In this document: positions 1-8,960 of the stretch, in pieces | How positions within the stretch are numbered: position 1 is the first letter of the stretch | Layout of the letters: each line of letters opens with the position of its first letter | Assembly (NCBI GenBank): GCA_034521595.1 | Contig: JAXHMG010000003.1 | Coordinates: forward strand, 960,001-1,024,000 | Origin: Gemmatimonadota bacterium | GTDB lineage: Bacteria; Gemmatimonadota; Gemmatimonadetes; Longimicrobiales; Gaopeijiaceae | DNA length: 64,000 nt | Direction of reading: 5' to 3' | Position numbers and translations under genes: made by a program | Notes under the pieces: model-generated | Databases searched by the model: none | Told to the model about the DNA's origin: nothing | Seen by the model: the letters and a program-made list of their open reading frames with translations, nothing else

Positions 1-281
1 AGGGCGCACGCGAGGCCGGTGCGCTTGTTGCCGTCGTTGAAGCCCTGCGTGCGGGTGAATCCCACGAGGTACGCCGCCGCGAAGTCCGCGAGATCAGCGT
101 CCGGGTCGGAGGCCCACCGGTGCCTGGGCCGCGCCAGAGCGGACCCGATCACCGTGCCGTCGAGGACCCCGTGCGCTCCTCCGAACCGCTCGATCTGCTG
201 GGCGTGGCTGGCCAACAGCATGGGCTCGGTGAGCCATCGCGGTTCTTCGCCTATCCCCGCTCGCTCACTTGGCCAGTTCAC
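1..281 (-). CDS. Doc/Fic-family toxin (3' end runs off the window; start uncertain)
   Basis: Hand translation gives ...EPRWLTEPMLLASHAQQIERFGGAHGVLDGTVIGSALARPRHRWASDPDADLADFAAAYLVGFTRTQGFNDGNKRTGLACA. It has a Doc-type xxFxDGNKR motif and lies directly downstream of an AbrB-like gene. Confidence 0.8.
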   Translation of the reverse strand, partial: MNWPSERAGIGEEPRWLTEPMLLASHAQQIERFGGAHGVLDGTVIGSALARPRHRWASDPDADLADFAAAYLVGFTRTQGFNDGNKRTGLACA

Positions 282-498
282 GAAACACGCCATCGTACTC
301 GGACATGATCGCTTCATGTGCCTCCGTCGCCTCCGTGAGCTCGGGCGTGTGCGGCACCACACGGAACCCGCCTAGCCCATCCTCGATCCAGCTCAGCTCC
401 TGGCCGGCCGGGATGCCGAGCCGCCGCACGACCTCGGCGGGCAGCGTCGTCACAACGGAGGCGCCCTGAGCCCTGGTCCTGCTGGTCAGTGTCGTCAT
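265..498 (-). CDS. AbrB/MazE/SpoVT-family antitoxin
   Basis: 77 aa with the swapped-hairpin pattern QGASVVTTLPAEVVRRLGIPAGQEL and C-terminal YDGVFRELAK typical of Doc partners. RBS AAGGAAG upstream. Confidence 0.85.
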   Translation of the reverse strand: MTTLTSRTRAQGASVVTTLPAEVVRRLGIPAGQELSWIEDGLGGFRVVPHTPELTEATEAHEAIMSEYDGVFRELAK

Positions 499-569
499 GC
501 TTCCTTCTTCCCCCCTCAGGTGGTGCCACTAATGTTACACTACAGCATAGTCGAGTCGCCCGGCCACCG

Positions 570-1623
570 TCAACACGACCCGATCGGTGGCGGGACGAGG
601 TTCGCGGGAATGAGCGCCTGCGGCCTGCGGCCGGTTCGCTCCATGTACGCTCGGGTATAGACGCGGATCTGCTCGCCGCCGTCGTAGATCTCGACCAGGT
701 GGACCTCCTCCGGCGCATAGGTCGCCAACATGGATAGGCCACACGGGACCGGCATCTCGTCGATGAGAACTCTGGGCTGGACGGCGCTCGCCCGCGACCG
801 GATAGCAGTCGGCGCTCGCGGAGCGCCCCTCGCACGGGGTGAACGGGACCGACCCGTGGTTCCTGAGGAACTGCACGACGTCCGTAGCGCCGGAGCGACG
901 GAGGCGACCCTCGTCGAACGCCCGCACCGGCCCGAAGCCGTAGGCGTTCCGGCGCTGCTCGAACCTGCTGACCATGACCTCGATGCCTTCGAGCATGATC
1001 GGGTCCGGCTCGAGCTCCACGACGAGCGGCTCCACGTCTCCGCCGAGGGTCACCGGCACGTAGATGCTCTCGTAGCCCAGTCGCTCCACCAGGAGGAGGT
1101 GGGAGCCGGGCGAAGCGTCGTCGATCCGGAAGCTTCCTCGACCGTCCGCCGACTGCGGCCGTCGGTCGCCCAGGCGGAGCAGGGCCCACGGCAGACCTTC
1201 GCCGGTTCTCGCGTCGACCACCGCCCCGGCCAGCACGCTCTCGGAGCGGCCCGTCACCTCCATGCCCTCGAGAAGGAGGGGACGAGGCTGCAGGTAGAGC
1301 TCGAGCCGCTCGGGTTCGTCTCCGACGCGCACGGGCACCACCAGGTCGTCGTACCCGAACCGGCTGATCCGGAGCAACTGGGGCCCGTCGGGCGCGCCGT
1401 CGATCGAGAACGCCCCCGCGTCGTCGGTGAGCCCACGGAGGTCCGTGCCCTCCACCAGGACCGAGGCGTTCGAGACCGGAAGCTCCGTTAGCTCGTCGCG
1501 CACGACACCAACCAACGCACCGCCGCTCTCCGGTGGCTGCTGCGCCGGCAGGTCCGGAGCACACACGCATAGGACCACCACGGGGAATGCCAGGTGGGGC
1601 GCGTGTCGGGTATCGAGTCTCAC
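570..1623 (-). CDS. Exported protein with two carboxypeptidase-regulatory-like domains and a C-terminal TonB-plug-like segment (frameshift near 790)
   Basis: Signal peptide and two repeats of G-V-D--TG--L--A-V...G-F-I...RxGY. The reading frame continues as VLIDEMPVPCGLSMLATYAPEEVHLVEIY in ORF 570..755. Confidence 0.7.
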
Positions 1624-1638
1624 GTCGTGATCGCGGTC

Positions 1639-2781
1639 CTAAACATCCGGCGGCTTTGCGGTCTGCGTGTCTTCGAGACGAACGCTGATGACCTCCATGC
1701 GCGTATCGCCGTTCTCGGTTTCCGTGACGGTGTACATCGACTCACTTCCGCATACCGGTGCCAGCCAGTTGTCGTGCCGGCTCCTCGTGACCAGGGTGCT
1801 GCTCGCGATGTCGATCACCTCCACGACGGTGTCGAACGTGGCACGGGTCCATTCCGGCGTCGGACCGCCTTCGGGCTCCGCCCTCCAATCGTCGTCAGGG
1901 ACCGCGGAGTACACCCACAGCAGGCCGGACCGGCTCTCCCACACGTGTTGCACGGTCATCGGCGGGGGCTGCGTTACATAAGTCTCTTCGTCCCACTCGC
2001 CATAATCTTCGAACCACGGTCCGAAGTCGTCGGGCGTGGCCACGAGCCCCGTGTCACTCGTCCATCGGTGGAACCGGTAATCCCAGATGCTCGCCGCCCA
2101 GAAGCCGCCATCTCGGCCCTTCGACAACACCCAGTGATCGAGCTCGGCGAGTTCCGGTCGCGTCTGCCCGATGGATTCGATCACGTCTCCGTCGTGAAGG
2201 CTCAGGATGGAGAAGAGGGGCTCGCCGGAATTCCCGCTTGGACGCCGACTCAGGGCCATCAGGCTATCGTCGAGGACCGCCCATCGTCCCACCCTGAAAT
2301 TCAGGGGAACAGTACGAACGGGCGCCCCCGACCCATCCTCCAGCAATACGATGCGGCTGTTGGAGTGGTCGAGCACGTAGGCACCGACGCTACCGCTTCC
2401 TGGATGAATGCGAAGTCTGCGACCGAACTCTCGAGGTCCTTGGCCTTGACGCCCGATCACTCGGATTGCCGGACCTCCTTCGGCGCCATAGACAAGGATC
2501 TGTCCTCCACCAACGGGCGCGGCCATCCAGTACTCCCCGCTCGCGACCTTCGTGACCGCGCAGCCATCTTGAATGGCATCAGGACTCACCGACGCGGGAT
2601 CCGTAGATGCGCCGAGCGCCGCTACAGTCTCGAAGCGAATGCGGCATTCCGGGCAGCTGGGGTCCGAGTTCGAAGGATTCCCTGTAGCGCCATCCCGGGC
2701 GGCTTCGCAGCCCAGCGAACAACACATGGCCAAAGCCATGATGGACGTTCTGACTCGAGCAGTGCGGAAAGCCATGGCCAT
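1639..2781 (-). CDS. 6-bladed beta-propeller lipoprotein (paralogue 1)
   Basis: Lipobox-like CSLGC, motif GRQGQGPREF, RBS AAGGAG before ATG 2781. Confidence 0.7.
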   Translation of the reverse strand: MAMAFRTARVRTSIMALAMCCSLGCEAARDGATGNPSNSDPSCPECRIRFETVAALGASTDPASVSPDAIQDGCAVTKVASGEYWMAAPVGGGQILVYGAEGGPAIRVIGRQGQGPREFGRRLRIHPGSGSVGAYVLDHSNSRIVLLEDGSGAPVRTVPLNFRVGRWAVLDDSLMALSRRPSGNSGEPLFSILSLHDGDVIESIGQTRPELAELDHWVLSKGRDGGFWAASIWDYRFHRWTSDTGLVATPDDFGPWFEDYGEWDEETYVTQPPPMTVQHVWESRSGLLWVYSAVPDDDWRAEPEGGPTPEWTRATFDTVVEVIDIASSTLVTRSRHDNWLAPVCGSESMYTVTETENGDTRMEVISVRLEDTQTAKPPDV

Positions 2782-2921
2782 GCGTCTCCGCTCCTTCCAT
2801 CGCGGGGCGTCGTGCTCGTGCGACCGTAGATCGCGACCGAGCGGTCGGCAAGGGTTGCGGAACGCGTGCGGCTGCCGAAGACTCGGCTTAGTCGCTCCCC
2901 GAGAGAGGAGGTCGGATCGCA

Positions 2922-4199
2922 ATGACCAACAGGCCAACCTCAGCGCTCATCCTGGCCACCGCCGCCGCCGTCGCCGGGACCGCGACCCACGCCGGAGCGC
3001 AGGACCAGTGCGAGTGGACGCTTGAGGAGACGCTCCGCGTAGGCTCCATCGACGGGGATGACGCGCTCTCGGGTGTCCTCGACTTGGACATCGGACCGGA
3101 CGGAATGCTCTACGTCGCGGAGCAGTTCGTGCCCCACATCACCGTGTTTACACCGGACGGTCGCCCAAGCCACACGATCGGCCGTGCCGGCAGTGGACCG
3201 GGGGAATTCGACCTCAGTGCGGTCTCCCTCGGTTGGAGGCAGGACACCCTGTGGGCCACGGATCGCGCCACGACCCACTTCTTTCCGCCGGACGGCACGG
3301 ACCCGCGCCAGGTCGAGTTCAGGATCCCCCGTCCACACGAGGGCTCGCGGCTCATTCCGAGACGACCGCTCGCCGACGGCACGTTTCTGGCCCGACGATG
3401 TGCGATGACGGCCGGTGGGGGCAGCATGGAGGACTTCTTCGGTGCGGAGAGGCTACCGGTGCTTCGAGTTTCGGCTTCCGGCCGTATCGTCGATACCGTC
3501 GACACCATCGCTCTCGCTCGGCAGCAGATGTCCGTCGGGATCGATCACGGCAGTAGAAGAGGCATCGGCTACGCCGAGCATCCGCTGAACGGCTCATGGA
3601 AGGGCTTCGCACGGTTCACGCCGAGCATCGACGGCTCGTCGATCTTCATGATCGGCGAGATCCGCGACGAGGTCCGTCCCGCGAGCTTCGACCTCCTGCA
3701 GATCGATCTCTCGGGAGACACGCTCATGGAGCGCACGATCCAGTACGAGCCCAGGCCCGTGACCGACCGGGACCGGACCTGGTTGACCGAACGATTCGCG
3801 AGCAATCAAGCCGGCGACTACGATGACGACTCCCGCACGTCCCCTTTCCCCCCGCGGGACGAAGCCGCCCGCGAGCGGGACCGCCGGGCCGCGCGGGAAT
3901 CCATCACGTTTCCCGAGCATCATCCCCCGGTGCGGGACATCGTGGCGGGGGACGACGGCACGATCTGGATGCTTCGGGAACTGGACATCCCCGATCTGGT
4001 GGATCGCTGGGAGGTGTACGGTCCCACCGGCGAGCTCGAGGGCACCGTGCTCATCCGCGAGGGACGCTCGGCTCGCGCTCCCTGGTATCCCCGGCTGAAC
4101 GTGCTCCACGCTACGCGCGACGAGCTCTGGGGCACGACCTTGGGTGAGTTCGATGTGCCGTATATCCACCGGTATCGTGTCGATGCCGGTTGCCGGTGA
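2922..4199 (+). CDS. 6-bladed beta-propeller exported protein (paralogue 2)
   Basis: Signal peptide ending AGA-Q, motif GRAGSGPGEF, C-terminal EFDVPYIHRY, RBS GGAGG. Confidence 0.8.
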   Translation: MTNRPTSALILATAAAVAGTATHAGAQDQCEWTLEETLRVGSIDGDDALSGVLDLDIGPDGMLYVAEQFVPHITVFTPDGRPSHTIGRAGSGPGEFDLSAVSLGWRQDTLWATDRATTHFFPPDGTDPRQVEFRIPRPHEGSRLIPRRPLADGTFLARRCAMTAGGGSMEDFFGAERLPVLRVSASGRIVDTVDTIALARQQMSVGIDHGSRRGIGYAEHPLNGSWKGFARFTPSIDGSSIFMIGEIRDEVRPASFDLLQIDLSGDTLMERTIQYEPRPVTDRDRTWLTERFASNQAGDYDDDSRTSPFPPRDEAARERDRRAARESITFPEHHPPVRDIVAGDDGTIWMLRELDIPDLVDRWEVYGPTGELEGTVLIREGRSARAPWYPRLNVLHATRDELWGTTLGEFDVPYIHRYRVDAGCR

Positions 4200-4276
4200 G
4201 GGCCGCTCTCGATCGCTCGTGTAGCATCGCCGCCATGGCGTGGACGTTCTTCTCAGACTTCGTCATGGTGGGACAA

Positions 4277-5497
4277 ATGAGCTGGACCGCGACACGGATG
4301 GGCGGCGTGATCTTGGCTTCCGCTTCCATGCTTCTCACCTCCTGTGTGGCACCCGACGGGCCGGTGGGAGCCGCGATGTCCATGGTGGATTCGGCCGGCG
4401 TGAGAATCGTCACGACCCACCGTCTCGAGTGGGATACTGTGCGGATCCTCGAGGAACAGCCGGCGGCCGCCTTTCCGGGAGACCGGTCTTCGGCGGCTCT
4501 CTCCCGCGTGCGCGACGCGGCCGTCGTTGGAAATCGGGTCGCGGTCCTGGATAGCCAGGAGGAGCGGGTGTTCCTGTTCTCCGAAGCCGGGGAGCCGGAA
4601 GATACGGTCGGCGGTCCCGGCCAGGGCCCGGGAGAGTTCCGAGCTGCAGTCTCCATGACCGTGGCCGACGGCAACATTCACGTCTTCGATCGATCTCTTC
4701 GGCGGATCACTCAGTTCGCCCCGGATGGGACGATTCGCCGCCTTGTCTCGCTACAGGCTCCGGATTTCCCAGGGAAGCAGCATGTCTCCTACGCTTGGAT
4801 GGTGGATGCGGATCGAGTGCTCGTCTGGGAGTATGTCGAGAGTGAGCAGGCCCCTGTCTCGAGCTCGGGCGACGCGGAGCGATGGGTCACGCCCGGAAGG
4901 CTCCGCCTTGCCAATCTCGCGACGTCGGGGGTGGAGACCCTCTTTCGTGCTCCAGCCAGAGACTGGATCGTCGAGGGGAGCCGATGGTGGGTTGCCCCGT
5001 TCGGGCCGTACACGACGCTTTCGCACGCGAACGGTCGGCTATACATGTCCCCGGGTTCTTCCCACGCGGTGCATATCATCGATCCCGATTCGGGGTGGGT
5101 CGCCAGCTACCGGTATCCGGCTGCGGATCGGCCGTTCGATCTACGGGAGCTCGCGCGACTCGAGGATGAGGCCAGGGTGGAAGCGTCGGAGAGCGGGCAC
5201 CCCTTCATGGCGGAAGTGCTTTTCTCGCCGGACATCCAACCCCCCATGCAACCGGCGATCCAGCGGGTGCGGGTCACGGGGTGGGGAGCAGTGTGGGCCC
5301 AGGTGCATGCGCCGGCCCAGCATCACTCGCCCGACTGGTGGGTTCTCGGTGCCGACGGACGGTTTCGCGGCATCGTTCGCCTGCCTGGTCGGCGCGAGCT
5401 ACTCGGCTTCGACGGCGACTATGCTATCATGCGGTCACTCGATGAGTTCGACGTGCCGACGGTGGAACTGTGGAGACTACCCGCCGACCTCCGGTGA
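4277..5497 (+). CDS. 6-bladed beta-propeller lipoprotein (paralogue 3)
   Basis: Lipobox LLTSC, DSAGVRIV, GGPGQGPGEF, C-terminal DEFDVPTVELW. Start codon uncertain. Confidence 0.75.
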   Translation: MSWTATRMGGVILASASMLLTSCVAPDGPVGAAMSMVDSAGVRIVTTHRLEWDTVRILEEQPAAAFPGDRSSAALSRVRDAAVVGNRVAVLDSQEERVFLFSEAGEPEDTVGGPGQGPGEFRAAVSMTVADGNIHVFDRSLRRITQFAPDGTIRRLVSLQAPDFPGKQHVSYAWMVDADRVLVWEYVESEQAPVSSSGDAERWVTPGRLRLANLATSGVETLFRAPARDWIVEGSRWWVAPFGPYTTLSHANGRLYMSPGSSHAVHIIDPDSGWVASYRYPAADRPFDLRELARLEDEARVEASESGHPFMAEVLFSPDIQPPMQPAIQRVRVTGWGAVWAQVHAPAQHHSPDWWVLGADGRFRGIVRLPGRRELLGFDGDYAIMRSLDEFDVPTVELWRLPADLR

Positions 5498-5524
5498 AAC
5501 ACGAACCTCGGATGGCATTGTCTC

Positions 5525-6589
5525 TCACTGTTGATGCTTCTCCGGTGTCGACCGGACGAGGCGAACCTGCGGCCAAGGAAGATTCGAGCCGAACAACCGT
5601 GTTCCGGAAGCCGCATGGAGGAGGCGAGGCATGTCTTGGTTTCGTTCAATGATCGTCCCGGACTCGCGGTCCAGCACCCAAGTCGTAAGGTCTCCCTCGT
5701 CGATCTCGCGGTTCTCGAAGTCGAGCACGGCGTGTTGGACCACGAGCAGATTGTCATCGAAAGGGGACGTCGCGGCCAAGAAGTGCTGACTCTCCGTCTC
5801 CGGGTCCGGCACGATCGCCAACCCACCCCTGTCCGTGACCTGAAACCCGACTTCCCGGTAGTCGTCCAACTCGGTCGTCCACCGCTCTCTCCCGTCCACA
5901 GTGAAGGCGGTGACCCGGGGAGTGCTGCGGTGCACCTCGATGACCTGAGCGTTTTCGGCGTCGCAGACGAGTGCGGCATCGGAGCGGCTCTGTAGCGCCG
6001 ATTCGACGAGTCCAGGGGAGGCCCTGAGGTCCAGCTCCGGGAGGTCTCCGAACGACTGAACGAGCTCACCCGTTTCCAGCGAAAGCTCGTGGATCGTCAT
6101 CCCTTCGTGGATGCCCTGAAGGAACACCCGGCCGTCCATCGAGCAGAAATCCGAGAATAGGCCGGGGACGCTGAACTCTTCGACGAGCGAGAGGTCGTTG
6201 GAATAGAGCGACAATCGCCGATTCCCCTGGTCGAAGACCAGTGGCCTGTCCCCCTCGAGCAGGGTCACCGCGGCGAGCACGTAGAATTCGCCCGGCCCGC
6301 GTCCGGATCCCCCTGTGCCATGGAGGAGATTCCCTTGGAAGTCATAGAGTCGGAGCCGCTGCATCCGGGAATCCACCAAAGCGAAGACCTCCTCGCCCAC
6401 GTAGCCGTCCTCGACGAGCCCGATGATCTCGGTTTCATCACCCTGTCGCTCTCCGACCACGATGCTCGCATCGACCGTCGCGAGACGGTCCTCGGCGGTC
6501 TGAGCTGAAAGGGGTGCCGTGGAGAGAAGTACGGTCAGCAGCGTTGCTCGCGTCAAAAGCGTTGTCATGCGAGCCACGAGTTCGAGCAT
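5525..6589 (-). CDS. 6-bladed beta-propeller exported protein (paralogue 4)
   Basis: Signal peptide ending LSA-Q, motif GGSGRGPGEF. Confidence 0.75.
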   Translation of the reverse strand: MLELVARMTTLLTRATLLTVLLSTAPLSAQTAEDRLATVDASIVVGERQGDETEIIGLVEDGYVGEEVFALVDSRMQRLRLYDFQGNLLHGTGGSGRGPGEFYVLAAVTLLEGDRPLVFDQGNRRLSLYSNDLSLVEEFSVPGLFSDFCSMDGRVFLQGIHEGMTIHELSLETGELVQSFGDLPELDLRASPGLVESALQSRSDAALVCDAENAQVIEVHRSTPRVTAFTVDGRERWTTELDDYREVGFQVTDRGGLAIVPDPETESQHFLAATSPFDDNLLVVQHAVLDFENREIDEGDLTTWVLDRESGTIIERNQDMPRLLHAASGTRLFGSNLPWPQVRLVRSTPEKHQQ

Positions 6590-6692
6590 ATTTCCACCAC
6601 CGAGGAGAATGCTCACTAATACCAGATCCCCTTCTGTCTCATCGACGTGGATGGGTTCCGCCATCCGTCCGCAGTCTTGCTTCGGTCGTTCG

Positions 6693-7925
6693 TTAATTCT
6701 GGGCACCGACCTCCCATACCTCGACATACTCTTCGTCTAGGCGAGTGCGCCTGAGCAGAGCGATCCGATCCCGCCCCACAGCAAGTAGTTCTGTCCGCCC
6801 TGGCAGATAGCCGAACTGCTCGGTCGGCACCTTCAACTCCGCTTCTGGGATGCCGTCCGGAGAGAATATGACCCATCTTCGAAGTGCTTCTCCCGGGATA
6901 GTGGCCTCTCCGATCCATAGCGAGCCATCGGGATCAACCTGGAGGCCTTCGAAGCCCGGTAGGGTCTCGTGTATGGGCGCCTCGTTCCAAACCTTCCGGA
7001 TCCCCTCGTCGTCCAGAGGAACCATGGACGATCTCCTCTTCTCCCATGCCGATTCCTCACTTCTACCGACCTCTCCGTTTCGGCCCGGAGCTACGATGCG
7101 ACGCAGCGGGGCCATATCGGAGTCGTAGACCATGACATCCAAAGAGTCAGTGGAGCCTATAGCGACTCGCTCCCCTCCGGATGCGTGGAAGACCGTTCTT
7201 GCGAAACCGATCGGAACCAGGAAGGCGGTGCTCCTCTCCAGGCTACCGAAAGCGCGCTCCAGGCCTTTCCAGACACCGACCGTATCCGGTCCGTTGCCGT
7301 CGGCGTCCCACGTCAAAAGAGGTACCGTGTCCCTCCGTTCACCACTGCTCTGGAAATAGCGCTGCTCTCCGAGCACCGCGGCAACTCGACCGCTATCGGA
7401 AACCATGAGAGGTACGAGAGAAACCACTGGGTTCTCGTAGCCCAGCCGCACGACCTCCATGAACTCCGCGTCCGGGCTATACCTTGAAAAACGGTTATAA
7501 TCCCAAGCTGTGAAGCCGCCATCCGCGGCCGGGAGGAGCTTGGTCAACCGTTCGAACTCTCCGGGGCCCTGGCCCCGACGACCGATGCGGCGTGAGGAAG
7601 TCCCTTCGCTGCCCAAATGGATCAACTCTTGCGATCCGGTGTTGGCCAGCACCAGCGACCCGTCGGGTAGGAACAACCCGTCCAGCACCTCAAAGAGCTC
7701 AACCTCTCGCCCGTCAACATCCCGAGTACTGAACAGCCGTCTGGCTGAGAGCTCTGGCAGCGAAAACTCCTTCAGCGGTGGAATCTCCACCAGCTGCAGG
7801 CCCGCCGAATCGGAGACTGTGACCTCGGGACGGTCAAGGGTGGGAGCCCCATCACAGCCCATGGCGGTCAGCAGCATCAGCAGCGCGATCCATCCAGCGT
7901 CGGCATGTAGGTCCCGATCCGCCAT
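6693..7925 (-). CDS. 6-bladed beta-propeller lipoprotein (paralogue 5)
   Basis: Lipobox AMGC, DSAGLQLV, GRRGQGPGEF, RBS GAGG before ATG 7925. Confidence 0.8.
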   Translation of the reverse strand: MADRDLHADAGWIALLMLLTAMGCDGAPTLDRPEVTVSDSAGLQLVEIPPLKEFSLPELSARRLFSTRDVDGREVELFEVLDGLFLPDGSLVLANTGSQELIHLGSEGTSSRRIGRRGQGPGEFERLTKLLPAADGGFTAWDYNRFSRYSPDAEFMEVVRLGYENPVVSLVPLMVSDSGRVAAVLGEQRYFQSSGERRDTVPLLTWDADGNGPDTVGVWKGLERAFGSLERSTAFLVPIGFARTVFHASGGERVAIGSTDSLDVMVYDSDMAPLRRIVAPGRNGEVGRSEESAWEKRRSSMVPLDDEGIRKVWNEAPIHETLPGFEGLQVDPDGSLWIGEATIPGEALRRWVIFSPDGIPEAELKVPTEQFGYLPGRTELLAVGRDRIALLRRTRLDEEYVEVWEVGAQN

Positions 7926-7986
7926 GTTGCCTCGAGTTCGTTCAATTCGCCCGCTCGTCCCGATAGGGCCAGAAGCCTGCGATGTC

Positions 7987-8147
7987 AGTTGATGTTCAGA
8001 TGTTTCTGACGTGGCCACAGCATACACGCTCATGTTTCCTGGGCCTTCGGAATGCACCTGTCAGGATACGATTCCCGCACGCTCGATGCCATGTTGGTCG
8101 GAGCGAACGAGGTGAGCGGAGTGAGGACCTAAATGGGCTTGTCAGAT
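7987..8147 (-). repeat. Decayed attC-like site of the same ~160-bp family as 54370-54531 and 55674-55833
   Basis: Shares GTTCAGATGTTTC-GACGTGGCCAC and GCCATGT-GGTCGGAGCG with those sites and has the same length. Its minus-strand ATCTGAC end directly follows the stop codon at 8148. Confidence 0.65.
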
Positions 8148-8357
8148 TCATTCGGGGCAGTGGCCGAAAGAGCAGCAATAGAAACCCGTGCAGTCTTGGC
8201 TACCACAAAGCTCGCAGCAGCCAGTGCAACTGAAATTATAGCATTGGCAGACGCTTGCACTGGGACTGGCCACCAACGGAGATCCGGCGAGGAAATAGCC
8301 AGATGCGGCCATGAAGAGAAAAAGGCCGATCGCTCGAACGGAGGCGAACTGCTTCAT
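8148..8357 (-). CDS. Small secreted cysteine-rich peptide (69 aa, 10 Cys)
   Basis: RBS GAGGT 5 nt before ATG, then a Sec-type signal MKQFASVRAIGLFLFMAASGYFLAG, then VCQCYNFSCTGCCELCGSQDCTGFYCCSFGHCPE. Confidence 0.75.
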   Translation of the reverse strand: MKQFASVRAIGLFLFMAASGYFLAGSPLVASPSASVCQCYNFSCTGCCELCGSQDCTGFYCCSFGHCPE

Positions 8358-8434
8358 TTTGACCTCACTTTTCTAGGGTGTGAGCAACGAGCGGGGAGGC
8401 ATCGTGGAGAGACTCCCTCCTCGTAACGGACCAC

Positions 8435-8956
8435 TCATTGTGACTCTGAGAGAAAGGCGCTTATGTCGAGCAGATCGACGAACGAGGTTGTACGGACAAG
8501 GCTCGTCCTGTTGAGGTAGGACACGCCCGCGTATCGACCCGCACCATCGAGCATCACAACGGCCGGTGTGGTCGGCGTTGTCCCAAGAACTTTTTCGGGG
8601 TTCACTGGCTGTACGTCGCCAACGCGCAGCCTCTCCTCCCTAATGAACCGCTCGACGTCCCCGGAGGCGTCATCGTATCTCCACACGGTCAGTTCCAACC
8701 CGGCAGGTTCTACCTGGGTGCGGATGAGGTCTCGGACCTGGCGTCCGAGATCTTCGCATGAGAGAACGTCCACTCCACTTACGATGAGCACCACCTGCTC
8801 ACTGGCCTCCCTGGCTGGTAAGGCATCGGGGAGCTGACCCGAAAAATCTTCAAAAAGAGGGTCCTCAGTAACGGTGCCCGGAAGGGCCTGCACCGCGATG
8901 CGCCCCCCGAAGCCCGTGACCAACCCACACAGCGCAACAGCAAGCATTTTCCTCAT
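8435..8956 (-). CDS. Exported/membrane-anchored thioredoxin-fold protein with degenerate CXXC
   Basis: N-terminal hydrophobic stretch, VVLIVSGVDVLSCEDL (xXXC), and cis-Pro-like TTPAVVMLDGAG. Confidence 0.55.
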   Translation of the reverse strand: MRKMLAVALCGLVTGFGGRIAVQALPGTVTEDPLFEDFSGQLPDALPAREASEQVVLIVSGVDVLSCEDLGRQVRDLIRTQVEPAGLELTVWRYDDASGDVERFIREERLRVGDVQPVNPEKVLGTTPTTPAVVMLDGAGRYAGVSYLNRTSLVRTTSFVDLLDISAFLSESQ

Positions 8957-8960
8957 GGCC

